From a virus, in the IMG/VR virus record IMGVR_UViG_3300042691_037543, positions 1 to 64,000 of that record: 64,000 nt of DNA; one strand, 5' to 3'. The translations under genes and the position numbers were made by a program. The notes under the pieces were generated by a model, which saw only the letters and a program-made list of their open reading frames with translations, did not search any database and was not told the DNA's origin. Of the stretch, positions 55,974 to 64,000 are shown piece after piece (the first letter of the stretch is position 1; each line of letters opens with the position of its first letter).

Positions 55974-56707
55974 TACTTCACCTCCGTATCGGTAGCACGG
56001 GGGTCAGGCGGGATCGGTGGCGTCGGCGGGCTCGGGCTCGCGGGCGGGATCGGCGTGGCCGTCGTACCGGGCGCCGCAGCGACGGTGTGCGTGTGCGCGT
56101 TATACGCGGCGAGGAGCGTCGAAGCCTGCGCTCCTAGCGTGGTGAAGCGGTTTTCGACCGTCTGCATCCAGTCGTACAGGGTGTTTCCGAGCACCGCGGG
56201 CTGGAGTGCGGTGTCGCCGAGCTTCACCTTGCCGCCGCCCTTGGCCTGCAAGCGAATGTCACCGTCGCCTTCGGTGGTCATGGTGATGCCGCCACCACCC
56301 GTGGCGCGGACGCGCAGGTTCTTGCCCGGCTCGACATACAGCAGCACGTCCTCCGTGGCCTCGTTCCCGGTGCCGCCGTCCGACATGGGCTTGTCGGCAC
56401 CCGTCCACACCCGCGAGATGATGACCGGGCCGCTGTCTTGGTCACCGTACGGCACGGCAACCACGACGATGTCGTCGGGCTTCGGCGGCATGAAGAACCC
56501 GAAACCGTCGCCTGCGTAGGCCGCCCCGATCAAGCACGTCTGCTCCTCACCCGTGGGCTCGAACTCCACGTCCGCGAAGAACCCGTGGTCGGGGTCGAAG
56601 CCGGTCTGTACGACACGCGCGAGCGTGATCCACGTCCGTGGGTCCACGCCGGGGCGCGAGACGAGCCGCGAGATTTTGCCTGCGTCTACGCTGCGTCGCC
56701 GCGGCAT
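55973..56707 (-). CDS. Baseplate spike (gpV/gp45-like)
   Basis: OB-fold GFFMPPKPDDIVVV; C-terminal YNAHTH metal-binding tip. Confidence 0.85.
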   Translation of the reverse strand: MPRRRSVDAGKISRLVSRPGVDPRTWITLARVVQTGFDPDHGFFADVEFEPTGEEQTCLIGAAYAGDGFGFFMPPKPDDIVVVAVPYGDQDSGPVIISRVWTGADKPMSDGGTGNEATEDVLLYVEPGKNLRVRATGGGGITMTTEGDGDIRLQAKGGGKVKLGDTALQPAVLGNTLYDWMQTVENRFTTLGAQASTLLAAYNAHTHTVAAAPGTTATPIPPASPSPPTPPIPPDPRATDTEVK

Positions 56708-58560
56708 TACGATCTCCGTCTAGACCGCGCGGGGACGGTCGTGCGCGTCGGTGGTGTAAGCGCCTGCTGGATATCCGCGCCGCCGATGTCGTTGCGGATG
56801 ACGAAGTAGTTTTGAAACTCGAAGCTCGCGCTGATCCCGCCCGTACCCGTCGCGTCCCAACTCAGACTGACGCTGCTGACGCGAAAGAAGTTCTGGATGC
56901 GGTTTACCGAGCCGCGGCTTGTCGCCATGATCGCCCGCGCAAGCTGCTCGTTACCCAGGCGCTCGGTGATCTCGCGAAGCTGGTCCGCGAACGGCGCGCG
57001 GAAGTGGTCTACGGCTGTGGACGTGATGGACTCGCGCCCACCGCGCACCACAGAGCCGTCGAAGAAGAACTCGACGGCGTCTCCAGGCCGCACGCGGAGA
57101 ATGTCGGGGTCGTCGTTTCCGCCGCCGTAGCTCGCGAGGTCTTTCGTCTCGCACGAGCCGGTCATCTCGTTGCGGCTGATCTCCTCGAACAACATCCGCG
57201 CGATGGACTGCAACCGCGCCTGACTACGCACGCCGTACACCGGCACGTTGACCATGTCCGTCTGCGACTGTTGCCCGGACGGAGCTACGCGGTTTCTCGC
57301 GGCGTCTTGAACAGCCTGAGAAGCGGCCTCTACGGCGGCGTTCGGCGCCCGGCGAAGACGCGCAGCGAGCGCCGCGGCATTCGGCTCCGTGCGCTGCCGC
57401 GGCGGGGTCAGCGGCCACCGCGCTTCGAGCCGTCGTGCGTTACGCGCCGTGCGGTCGTAGTCCACGGAGATCACGCGCACGACCTTCGGCTTCTGGTTGC
57501 CGCCGAACTTGCGGTTGAACTTCACCGAGGTCGCGTTGCGCCCGTAGATGATGCGCCGGACGCTCCACGGCGCCATCACGCCATCGCCGCGAGGCTGATC
57601 GGGGCGGAACGGCGTACGGATCGTCGCGTCGAAGCCGGCGTTTACCTGCTGGAAGTACCCACGGGCGGGGCGGATGAACAGCGAGCGGTTGTTGAAGTAC
57701 GGGATGGCGCCGACGAGGTAGCAAAGGCGCACGATCACGTCCCAATAGGTCATCTCCGTGCCGCCTTGCTGGCTGGCTACGGGCGCCGTGCGCTGCCCGC
57801 GTGCGCCACGGCGGTGGCGCGGAATGATGTCGTCGGGCAGGGCGCTCGGGATACCGTCAGGCCACTCCCGCTCGTTGACGACCACCTGAAAGTGGTCCGA
57901 GCCGGGGTGCATGGCGAGCACGTCGCGCACGACCCGGTCGATACGCTGGTTCACGTTCAGGTTGGCGAGCGCCCGTGACGTGATCGGCGAGTCGAGCAGC
58001 AGCCCGCGGAGGTCGCGGCCAGAGATGTTGATTTCCGCGCCCTCGGACGTGTACTCGACGTTCCATTCATCGGCGATGCCAGCGAACACGATGGTGGAGT
58101 TGTTGGGGTTGTTCTTGTCGTCGCGTGTGCGGAGCTGGGACGCACGCGGGCGGTTGCCACCCACCTGACGAACACCATCGGCGAAGTCCGCGGCAGACAC
58201 GGTGCCCATGTGAATCTCGACGCCAAGCGCGCGCACGGTGCGCGGATCGATAGGCAGCTCGCGGAAGTCGAACGTCAGGTCGAACGTCGATGCCTGCCGG
58301 ACACTCGGCATCTCGACAGAGCACGACTTCGGTACACGCCCCATGATGAACGTCGGGATGCCACCAACCTTGTCCTGTCGAGCAACACGGTTCGGCGTGA
58401 GGATATCGGGGCTTGACCGCGCGTTGCCGTCGCCCGACGCAGGCGCATCCGATGTGTCGTCCGTCGAGAGCGGCACCGGCGGCGTGACCGAGGCAAGCAG
58501 CGCTTCGTCGAAGACGATGCTCAAGTTCACGACGCAACTTGGGTAGTAAGTGCCGCTCAT
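56707..58560 (-). CDS. Baseplate hub (gpD/gp44-like)
   Basis: VFAGIADE...ISGRDLRGLLLD; position between tube initiator and spike. Confidence 0.8.
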   Translation of the reverse strand: MSGTYYPSCVVNLSIVFDEALLASVTPPVPLSTDDTSDAPASGDGNARSSPDILTPNRVARQDKVGGIPTFIMGRVPKSCSVEMPSVRQASTFDLTFDFRELPIDPRTVRALGVEIHMGTVSAADFADGVRQVGGNRPRASQLRTRDDKNNPNNSTIVFAGIADEWNVEYTSEGAEINISGRDLRGLLLDSPITSRALANLNVNQRIDRVVRDVLAMHPGSDHFQVVVNEREWPDGIPSALPDDIIPRHRRGARGQRTAPVASQQGGTEMTYWDVIVRLCYLVGAIPYFNNRSLFIRPARGYFQQVNAGFDATIRTPFRPDQPRGDGVMAPWSVRRIIYGRNATSVKFNRKFGGNQKPKVVRVISVDYDRTARNARRLEARWPLTPPRQRTEPNAAALAARLRRAPNAAVEAASQAVQDAARNRVAPSGQQSQTDMVNVPVYGVRSQARLQSIARMLFEEISRNEMTGSCETKDLASYGGGNDDPDILRVRPGDAVEFFFDGSVVRGGRESITSTAVDHFRAPFADQLREITERLGNEQLARAIMATSRGSVNRIQNFFRVSSVSLSWDATGTGGISASFEFQNYFVIRNDIGGADIQQALTPPTRTTVPARSRRRS

Positions 58561-59702
58561 CCGACGACTCCGCTGGTGAGCACGGGGATCATCACGAGGT
58601 CGCCGACGGAGAGCTCCGGCTCGCGGAACCCGTTGTAGACCATGAGCGCCCGCCACTGGTCCGGCGTGTCGTAGAACTGGCGCGACACGTCGCGGAGCGT
58701 CTCGCCGGCCCGCGCGAAGTGTACCGCCTGCACCTCGGCTTCGAGCACTTGGAGCTGAATCTGTTTCTCGATGGCCGCCTCGCGCTTCAAGTCCTTCGCA
58801 GCGACCAGCACCTCGGTCGTATACGCGAGGTTCTCGAAGTATTTGATGTACGCCTCTCCGTCATCCACGAACGGGTTGAGGAACACGTCCTCGGGCGCTG
58901 CGAACTGCGAGTAGGTGTCGATCACCTCGGTGCAACCGTTGATGACACCGTTGAGCAGGCCGAGCGCGTTACGCGCCGTCCCGACAGGACCGAGCACGTT
59001 GTCAGCGAAGCTCACTGCTGTGGACGTGTACTCGTCCATCGCGGATCGCGCGCGGGACAGCCCGCGGTTGATCTCGTTGAGCATCCCCGAGATGGAGTTG
59101 GTGTCCGGTGCGTCGTTGATGATGTCTTCGAGGTCCGCGAGCGACCCGCGCATCACTTGAAGGTTGCGTACCGGGGATGGCCCGTCCGCGACCACGGGCG
59201 GCGTGACGCGCTGACCCTGGCTCGTCCACTTGAACGCGAGCGACCACTCGCAGTCGTTCAGGTTGTCCCAAGTGTGTGAAAACGACGTGATGTGCCCGCG
59301 GCGCGTGATGTGCCCCCAGCTCACTTCGACGAGCTGGCCGGCCATGCGCATGTCATCGACGAGGTTCACTAGCGCAGCGACGGAGTCCACGCGCGTGTTG
59401 CTCACGGTGGCGGGGCCGCCACGGGTTGTGGTGGGGGCCGTCGCCGTCGCGGCAGAGCGGATGTACTTGTCCTTCCACTTGCCCTGGATCGTCGTGTCGC
59501 CCTCTTCGGTACCCGTGACGGTGCTCGTCGCGACCGGGTTGCCGGCGTAGTAGGTGACCTCGACGCGCTGTGTGCCGCTGAACTGGAGTGGGCGGTAGGG
59601 CAGCGCACGGCCCGTCAGTCGAAGCTCACGGCGCGGGCCGGTGAGCTCTTTAATGACGAACGGCGGGACGATGTCATTCGCTTCTGCGCTGATGGTCGCC
59701 AC
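58557..59702 (-). CDS. Tail tube initiator with C-terminal LysM/gpX-like domain
   Basis: AGETLRDVSRQFYDTPDQWRAL...N....L.VGD.V.IP. Confidence 0.8.
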   Translation of the reverse strand: MATISAEANDIVPPFVIKELTGPRRELRLTGRALPYRPLQFSGTQRVEVTYYAGNPVATSTVTGTEEGDTTIQGKWKDKYIRSAATATAPTTTRGGPATVSNTRVDSVAALVNLVDDMRMAGQLVEVSWGHITRRGHITSFSHTWDNLNDCEWSLAFKWTSQGQRVTPPVVADGPSPVRNLQVMRGSLADLEDIINDAPDTNSISGMLNEINRGLSRARSAMDEYTSTAVSFADNVLGPVGTARNALGLLNGVINGCTEVIDTYSQFAAPEDVFLNPFVDDGEAYIKYFENLAYTTEVLVAAKDLKREAAIEKQIQLQVLEAEVQAVHFARAGETLRDVSRQFYDTPDQWRALMVYNGFREPELSVGDLVMIPVLTSGVVG

Positions 59703-59705
59703 GGC

Positions 59706-61742
59706 TCACCGAATGGAGAAGATGGGCTCGAAGCCGCCTTGCAGCCGGTTATCGGCCGCGGCTTCGAGGTCCGTGATGAAGCCTGCCGCGATGCGGTCGG
59801 GGTCGAAGCCCTCTGCGAACTTCTGCGTGATATCGAAGTGACTGTTGCGGAAGTCGTTGTGCGTGCGGTTGCCGCCACGGGCGCCCGGTGTGCGTGTGCG
59901 GTTGGTCGCGATGGCCGTCTCCGCGTTTACGGCTGCGGTGTTTTCGTCGGTCGCCGCAGCGAGACGGGCGAGGCCGCGGCTGATCGGGTCATCCGCCGTG
60001 GCATTCGCGTGCTGCGTCATGTTGCTTAGCTCGGCGCCGGCCTCCCGAAACATGCGTGCGATGAAGTTGATGACCGACGCAATCGCGTTCGCGAACTGCG
60101 TGACGATGGGGATGACGTGGTCGCGGACGCGCTCCCACACCCACGCGAGTCCGATGGCGAGCGCGCGGAGCGCTGGCATAAGAAACGAGCCGATCGAGGT
60201 GAACAAGTTACCGATGGCCCCGGCAACGAGGAGCACCGCTGGGCGCACACGGTCGATCAAGTCGCTGATGACCGGGCTCATGTACATGAAGAACTGGCGC
60301 AGCCCCTCGGCAGCCCCAGCGATCATGTTCGCAAATCCAGGCAGCACCTCGATCATGATGTCGCCGACGACTTCGCTCACCTGCCCGAAGATGTTGGCGA
60401 TGTAGTAGACCATCGGCATCAACGAGTTGAATGCGTTGACGAGCTGGGTTGTCACCAGCGCCACCTCGTCTTCGGCCTCCATGAAGTGCGCGAATCCGCC
60501 GGTAATCAGACCGGCCATTGGGCCGCCGAGCAGCGCCCCCGCGGCCATCGCGCCGCCACCTGCCTGCACACGCCCCGCGTTGTCGCCATGCTGGAGCTCG
60601 TTGAACAACCCGCCTGCGCGCCGCTGCACGTTCTCGATGTACGGCAGCACCATCATCCGCACGCGGCTGTCCACCGCCGTGAACATGTGCTCCACACGCT
60701 CGGTGAACCGACCAGTCATCCCCACGAGCGCCTGCGAGATACTGGCACCAACTGTCTTGATGCGGTCTTCGTACCGAGACAGCAGCCCGTTCATGGCGCG
60801 AAGCGAGTCCTTCACACCTTCAAACAGCGGCGCCGTGATGGCACGCTGGATACCCGTGATGTGAGACTGGAACTCGCCCTGTAGCGCAGAGTAGGTATTG
60901 CCCGCGCGAGAGATCATGTCTGAGAGGCCACCGAACGAGCCTTCCAGCAACCGGAGGCGCTCCGGCTGCTGCATTCGGTTGAACGTCTCGGCAGTGACCG
61001 CCGCCTGCCCCATCGACCGGCGGTAGTTGTTGATGAAGGGCAAGAGGCGTTGGAAGGTCGCCACGTCGGCGCCGGCACCCGCTTGTCCCTCGCGGATCAT
61101 CAGCGACATGTCGCGGCCGATCTGCTCGGCGTCGACCCCGAGGGACCGCCCGATGGCCGCGAAGTTGTTGCTGAACGAGAGCATCTGATCGAGGTTGTTG
61201 TTGAACCCCGCCGCGAGCCCGGAGATGCCTGCCTGGAAGACGGTGATGTACTCACTCGTCTCGCCGGGTAGCCGCGCTGCTGCCTCGTTGATGCGGTTGA
61301 GCGCCGTCTCGGCGATGTTCACACCGCCAGTGATATCGCTGGCAAACCCGAGGGCTTGGAACGTACCCGCCATCGTGTTGACCATGTCTTCTTGACTCTG
61401 GTGCAACCCGACGACGGTGTTGGATAGGAAGGCGTACGCGCGCTGCGCAGTCCCGACCGCGATGCCGAGCGCGTTGAAGTTGCCGACGAGCGACATGATG
61501 CCGCCCCCGCCACCTCCACCGCCAGCAGCACCGCCGCCAGAGACGATGTTGCTAGTGGCGGCCATGATGCCGCCGGCCGACTGCGAAGTGCTCTTCTCCG
61601 TAGAGGCAAAGAGCTTCTTCACACGCTCCATCACACCGACGACGCGCTCGGCGGTCTTGGTGGCGCGGTCGATGGCGCCCAGCGTGACGCCTACGTTGTA
61701 GACAATACGCTGGGCGCCCGAAGTCGGCTCGTCGTCTGCCAT
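59706..61742 (-). CDS. Tape measure protein (678 aa)
   Basis: Long Ala/Gly-rich helical protein directly after the tail chaperones. Confidence 0.88.
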   Translation of the reverse strand: MADDEPTSGAQRIVYNVGVTLGAIDRATKTAERVVGVMERVKKLFASTEKSTSQSAGGIMAATSNIVSGGGAAGGGGGGGGIMSLVGNFNALGIAVGTAQRAYAFLSNTVVGLHQSQEDMVNTMAGTFQALGFASDITGGVNIAETALNRINEAAARLPGETSEYITVFQAGISGLAAGFNNNLDQMLSFSNNFAAIGRSLGVDAEQIGRDMSLMIREGQAGAGADVATFQRLLPFINNYRRSMGQAAVTAETFNRMQQPERLRLLEGSFGGLSDMISRAGNTYSALQGEFQSHITGIQRAITAPLFEGVKDSLRAMNGLLSRYEDRIKTVGASISQALVGMTGRFTERVEHMFTAVDSRVRMMVLPYIENVQRRAGGLFNELQHGDNAGRVQAGGGAMAAGALLGGPMAGLITGGFAHFMEAEDEVALVTTQLVNAFNSLMPMVYYIANIFGQVSEVVGDIMIEVLPGFANMIAGAAEGLRQFFMYMSPVISDLIDRVRPAVLLVAGAIGNLFTSIGSFLMPALRALAIGLAWVWERVRDHVIPIVTQFANAIASVINFIARMFREAGAELSNMTQHANATADDPISRGLARLAAATDENTAAVNAETAIATNRTRTPGARGGNRTHNDFRNSHFDITQKFAEGFDPDRIAAGFITDLEAAADNRLQGGFEPIFSIR

Positions 61743-61990
61743 CAGTCGTCCTTCTCGGCCTCGGCTGCTTCCTCTTTAAGAAGCTCAGAGATCGCGTTCG
61801 AGAACACTCTGATCGTAGGCATGGGCAGCGAGAGCAGCGTTCCCAAGTCGGCCCGCCCGTACCGCGCGCAGAACGCGAGCAGCTTCCAGAGCTTTCTCGC
61901 GTAGCTGCCGTCTCCGTACGCCTTGTAAAAAGCCAGGGCGTACCGCGGCGGGGTTACGCTACCGTAACCCGCCGACTCTTGAGAAAATCC
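61742..61990 (-). CDS. Tail assembly chaperone, -1 frameshift extension (gpGT-like)
   Basis: Open -1 frame from slippery GGATTTT (61990-61984) to a stop abutting the tape-measure start. Confidence 0.7.
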   Translation of the reverse strand, partial: GFSQESAGYGSVTPPRYALAFYKAYGDGSYARKLWKLLAFCARYGRADLGTLLSLPMPTIRVFSNAISELLKEEAAEAEKDD

Positions 61991-62322
61991 TCGGACACCT
62001 CGCGATCCGCGTTGTTGATCTCGCTGTAGGCGGCCATCACGAGGTTGCGCAGCTTCGGGCCCATCTCCGACCACGCCTGCTCTTGCGTGCCGTTGGCCGG
62101 CGAAACCGGCTTGTCGTTGATCGCGCGCAAGCTCGCCATCGCAAGCTGGAAAGCGAGCACCGTGGCGTCGCCGCGTGCGGCCTGCGCGCAGCGGAGCTCG
62201 TCCATCGCGGAGAGCTCGCCCACCGTGATGCTCGTGACTTCCATGTTGAGCACCTTCCTACGCAGCTTGTCGGGCACGGCGTAGGTGAAGGTGGCGGTCG
62301 GGGTCGGCGTGATGTTGCTCAT
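61954..62322 (-). CDS. Tail assembly chaperone (gpG-like)
   Basis: 122 aa between the tube and tape-measure genes. Confidence 0.8.
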   Translation of the reverse strand: MSNITPTPTATFTYAVPDKLRRKVLNMEVTSITVGELSAMDELRCAQAARGDATVLAFQLAMASLRAINDKPVSPANGTQEQAWSEMGPKLRNLVMAAYSEINNADREVSEDFLKSRRVTVA

Positions 62323-62365
62323 GGAAAAACCTGTGCCTGTTGGTTGTTAGAACTCGGCTGTGCTC

Positions 62366-62803
62366 TCAGCCGATGATGGCGCGCGCGTCGCTCGCCTCGA
62401 AGTCGAGCGACGTGGTGCCGTAGTCCGAACGCGAGCCGAAGTTCACGGGCAGCTCACCGAACTCCACGTCGGGAACGATGATCCGCACGCGGCGGCCGTC
62501 GGGGAAGTTCAGCGTCATCTTGACGTTGACGGTCACCCCCGGCAGGCGGCGCTTCGACTTGTCGTTCATCTGGATGAAGAAGTTGAAGGCGTTGGGGTCG
62601 TCGAGGTGCACCTCCATCGACCCGCTCACGCCCTTGAAGATCGAGTCCTTCCGCTCGGTCTTCTCGCCGATGTAGCCCTCGGAGAGAATCTCGCGGTTGT
62701 ACTTGAACTCGCAGCTCCGCACGGCCGTCATGGACGACACGATCTGGTTGTCTGCGACGATCTCGACGGACACTTCCTGACCCTTGATACGATTGCTAGC
62801 CAT
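62366..62803 (-). CDS. Tail tube protein
   Basis: About 145 aa beta-rich protein immediately downstream of the sheath. Confidence 0.85.
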   Translation of the reverse strand: MASNRIKGQEVSVEIVADNQIVSSMTAVRSCEFKYNREILSEGYIGEKTERKDSIFKGVSGSMEVHLDDPNAFNFFIQMNDKSKRRLPGVTVNVKMTLNFPDGRRVRIIVPDVEFGELPVNFGSRSDYGTTSLDFEASDARAIIG

Positions 62804-62925
62804 CACTGCCCTCGCGTTTTTGAAACGAACAAGGCCCGGAGGCTTTCACCATCCGAGCCCTATCCCCCGCAAGCGCGGGGTGCGGCACGCACGCTTGTGG
62901 TACCCGACAGGTACCTGTGCGTCAA

Positions 62926-64000
62926 CTAGGTGAGGGTCCGCGTGATGACCACGCCCTCACCGATGTTGGTCTGGAAGACCAGCACGTCGCCCGTGGCGAG
63001 CAACCGCACGTCACCGATGATGACGTGCACACCCGCCGCTTCGAGGTCTGCGGTGTTGCCGCTCTTGTCGTCCACGGAGTAGCCAGAGATGCGCTGCGCC
63101 GCGGGGTTGTTCTCCGAGAGCAGCCCGTCGAGGAACGAGATCACCTCCGACAGCGCCGCATCCTTCCAGGCGTCGGTCATCGGCTGCTTGGCGAGCTGGT
63201 TCAGCCGGTTGGTGACCGAGTCTTGGATGAAGTCGGCCATGCGACGACGGCTGATGTTCTTCTGGCCGCTCGTGAGCGACGTGGTGACGCCGCTCTGGTA
63301 GATCGGCCCCGCGATGCGGTCGAAGCGCATGGCCACGATGCCGGCAGCGCGCAGGGCGATGTACTCGGCCATCGACAGATCGGGCGTGCCGCGCGCGAAG
63401 GCGAGCACGCTCGACATGATCGTCGGAATGGGCTCGCTCGCCTGACCGGGGTTGCGCTCCGGCGGCAGGTTGGCCTCCACGCTGGCGAGCAGTACGTCGT
63501 TGGTGTCGTCGAGCACGCCATCGCTCGTCGTGCTGCCGTCGCTCGTGGCCACTGAGAACCCGACAGCTTCGGGCACCGAATGGCGGTAGCCAGGCCATGC
63601 GTAGTCCACACGATCCGTGCGGAAACCGCCGACACCCGGGGCAGAGCTCGCCAACACGTTGTTGAGCGTGAGCTGGTTGACGGCGGGGGCCGTAATCACA
63701 CGGCGCGTCAGCCCACGCTCGCTCGCCGTGAGCGCATGGGCGCGCAGCTTCGCGGCGATGGTGTTGTCCTTGCGGGCCGACACCACGATGTTCACGTCGC
63801 GCATCGGCTCTGCATCCGATAGCAGCGCGTCCACCGCGCGGTCGTACCGGGCGCGGATGGTCGCGTTCGTCGCGGCGTTCGGCGCGTGCACGTTGGCGTC
63901 GTAGGTGAGCGCCGTGCCGGGGCTGACCCGCATCCCGAGGCCCGAGAGTACGTCCCACGAGCTCGCGGTGCCCGCGTCGGGGACAACCGTGGGCGTGCAC
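62926..64000 (-). CDS. Tail sheath protein (5' end outside the window)
   Basis: C-terminal KNISRRRMADFIQDSV...AQRISGYSVD..N pattern of sheath proteins. Confidence 0.9.
   Translation of the reverse strand, partial: CTPTVVPDAGTASSWDVLSGLGMRVSPGTALTYDANVHAPNAATNATIRARYDRAVDALLSDAEPMRDVNIVVSARKDNTIAAKLRAHALTASERGLTRRVITAPAVNQLTLNNVLASSAPGVGGFRTDRVDYAWPGYRHSVPEAVGFSVATSDGSTTSDGVLDDTNDVLLASVEANLPPERNPGQASEPIPTIMSSVLAFARGTPDLSMAEYIALRAAGIVAMRFDRIAGPIYQSGVTTSLTSGQKNISRRRMADFIQDSVTNRLNQLAKQPMTDAWKDAALSEVISFLDGLLSENNPAAQRISGYSVDDKSGNTADLEAAGVHVIIGDVRLLATGDVLVFQTNIGEGVVITRTLT

Larger units (their letters stand above)
1..64000. mobile_element. Tailed dsDNA bacteriophage genome segment (contractile tail), early/replication arm on + and late structural arm on -
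   Basis: Sheath, tube, chaperones, tape measure, baseplate and fibre genes plus phage-type replication genes; no host housekeeping genes; the two arms converge on a terminator at about 38.67 kb. Confidence 0.97.

Noticed and set aside
1-64000. Stop-codon recoding
   Set aside because: Conserved genes are full length under the standard code, and TAA, TAG and TGA all terminate genes at sensible positions.

Overview
The window is 64 kb of a GC-rich tailed dsDNA phage with a contractile tail (myovirus-like). A host-type sigma70-region-4 protein and Cys-rich lipoprotein motifs suggest a Myxococcota host (inference). The + strand (1-38.7 kb) carries an early region with long structured intergenic DNA, a MoxR-type AAA+ / metallopeptidase-vWA module, and a replication/recombination set: SF2 helicase, DnaB, primase, UDG-like-PolA fusion, UvsY-like, gp32-like SSB, RecA, SbcD/SbcC and a resolvase. 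It also carries two ParB-N proteins, nucleotide hydrolases and four islands of small unknown ORFs. The - strand (38.7-64 kb) is the late tail/baseplate/fibre/lysis region, truncated inside the sheath gene. No integrase, capsid, terminase, CRISPR array, reverse transcriptase or canonical tRNA is visible. The main unexplained signals are: (i) two perfect chromosomal parS palindromes (TGTTTCACGTGAAACA) in the first kb; (ii) a roughly 500-bp element with nine GCGAAGC DNA mini-hairpins, five on the top strand and four on the bottom, either side of an AT-richer core (candidate ssDNA origin); (iii) a dispersed set of about 14 small ORFs sharing a C-terminal helix, five with Zn fingers; (iv) a 7-bp tandem repeat that frameshifts one of them; (v) leaderless TAnnnT promoters on late genes; (vi) a tRNA-like element upstream of recA. 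All calls come from reading motifs by eye; no database searches were run.
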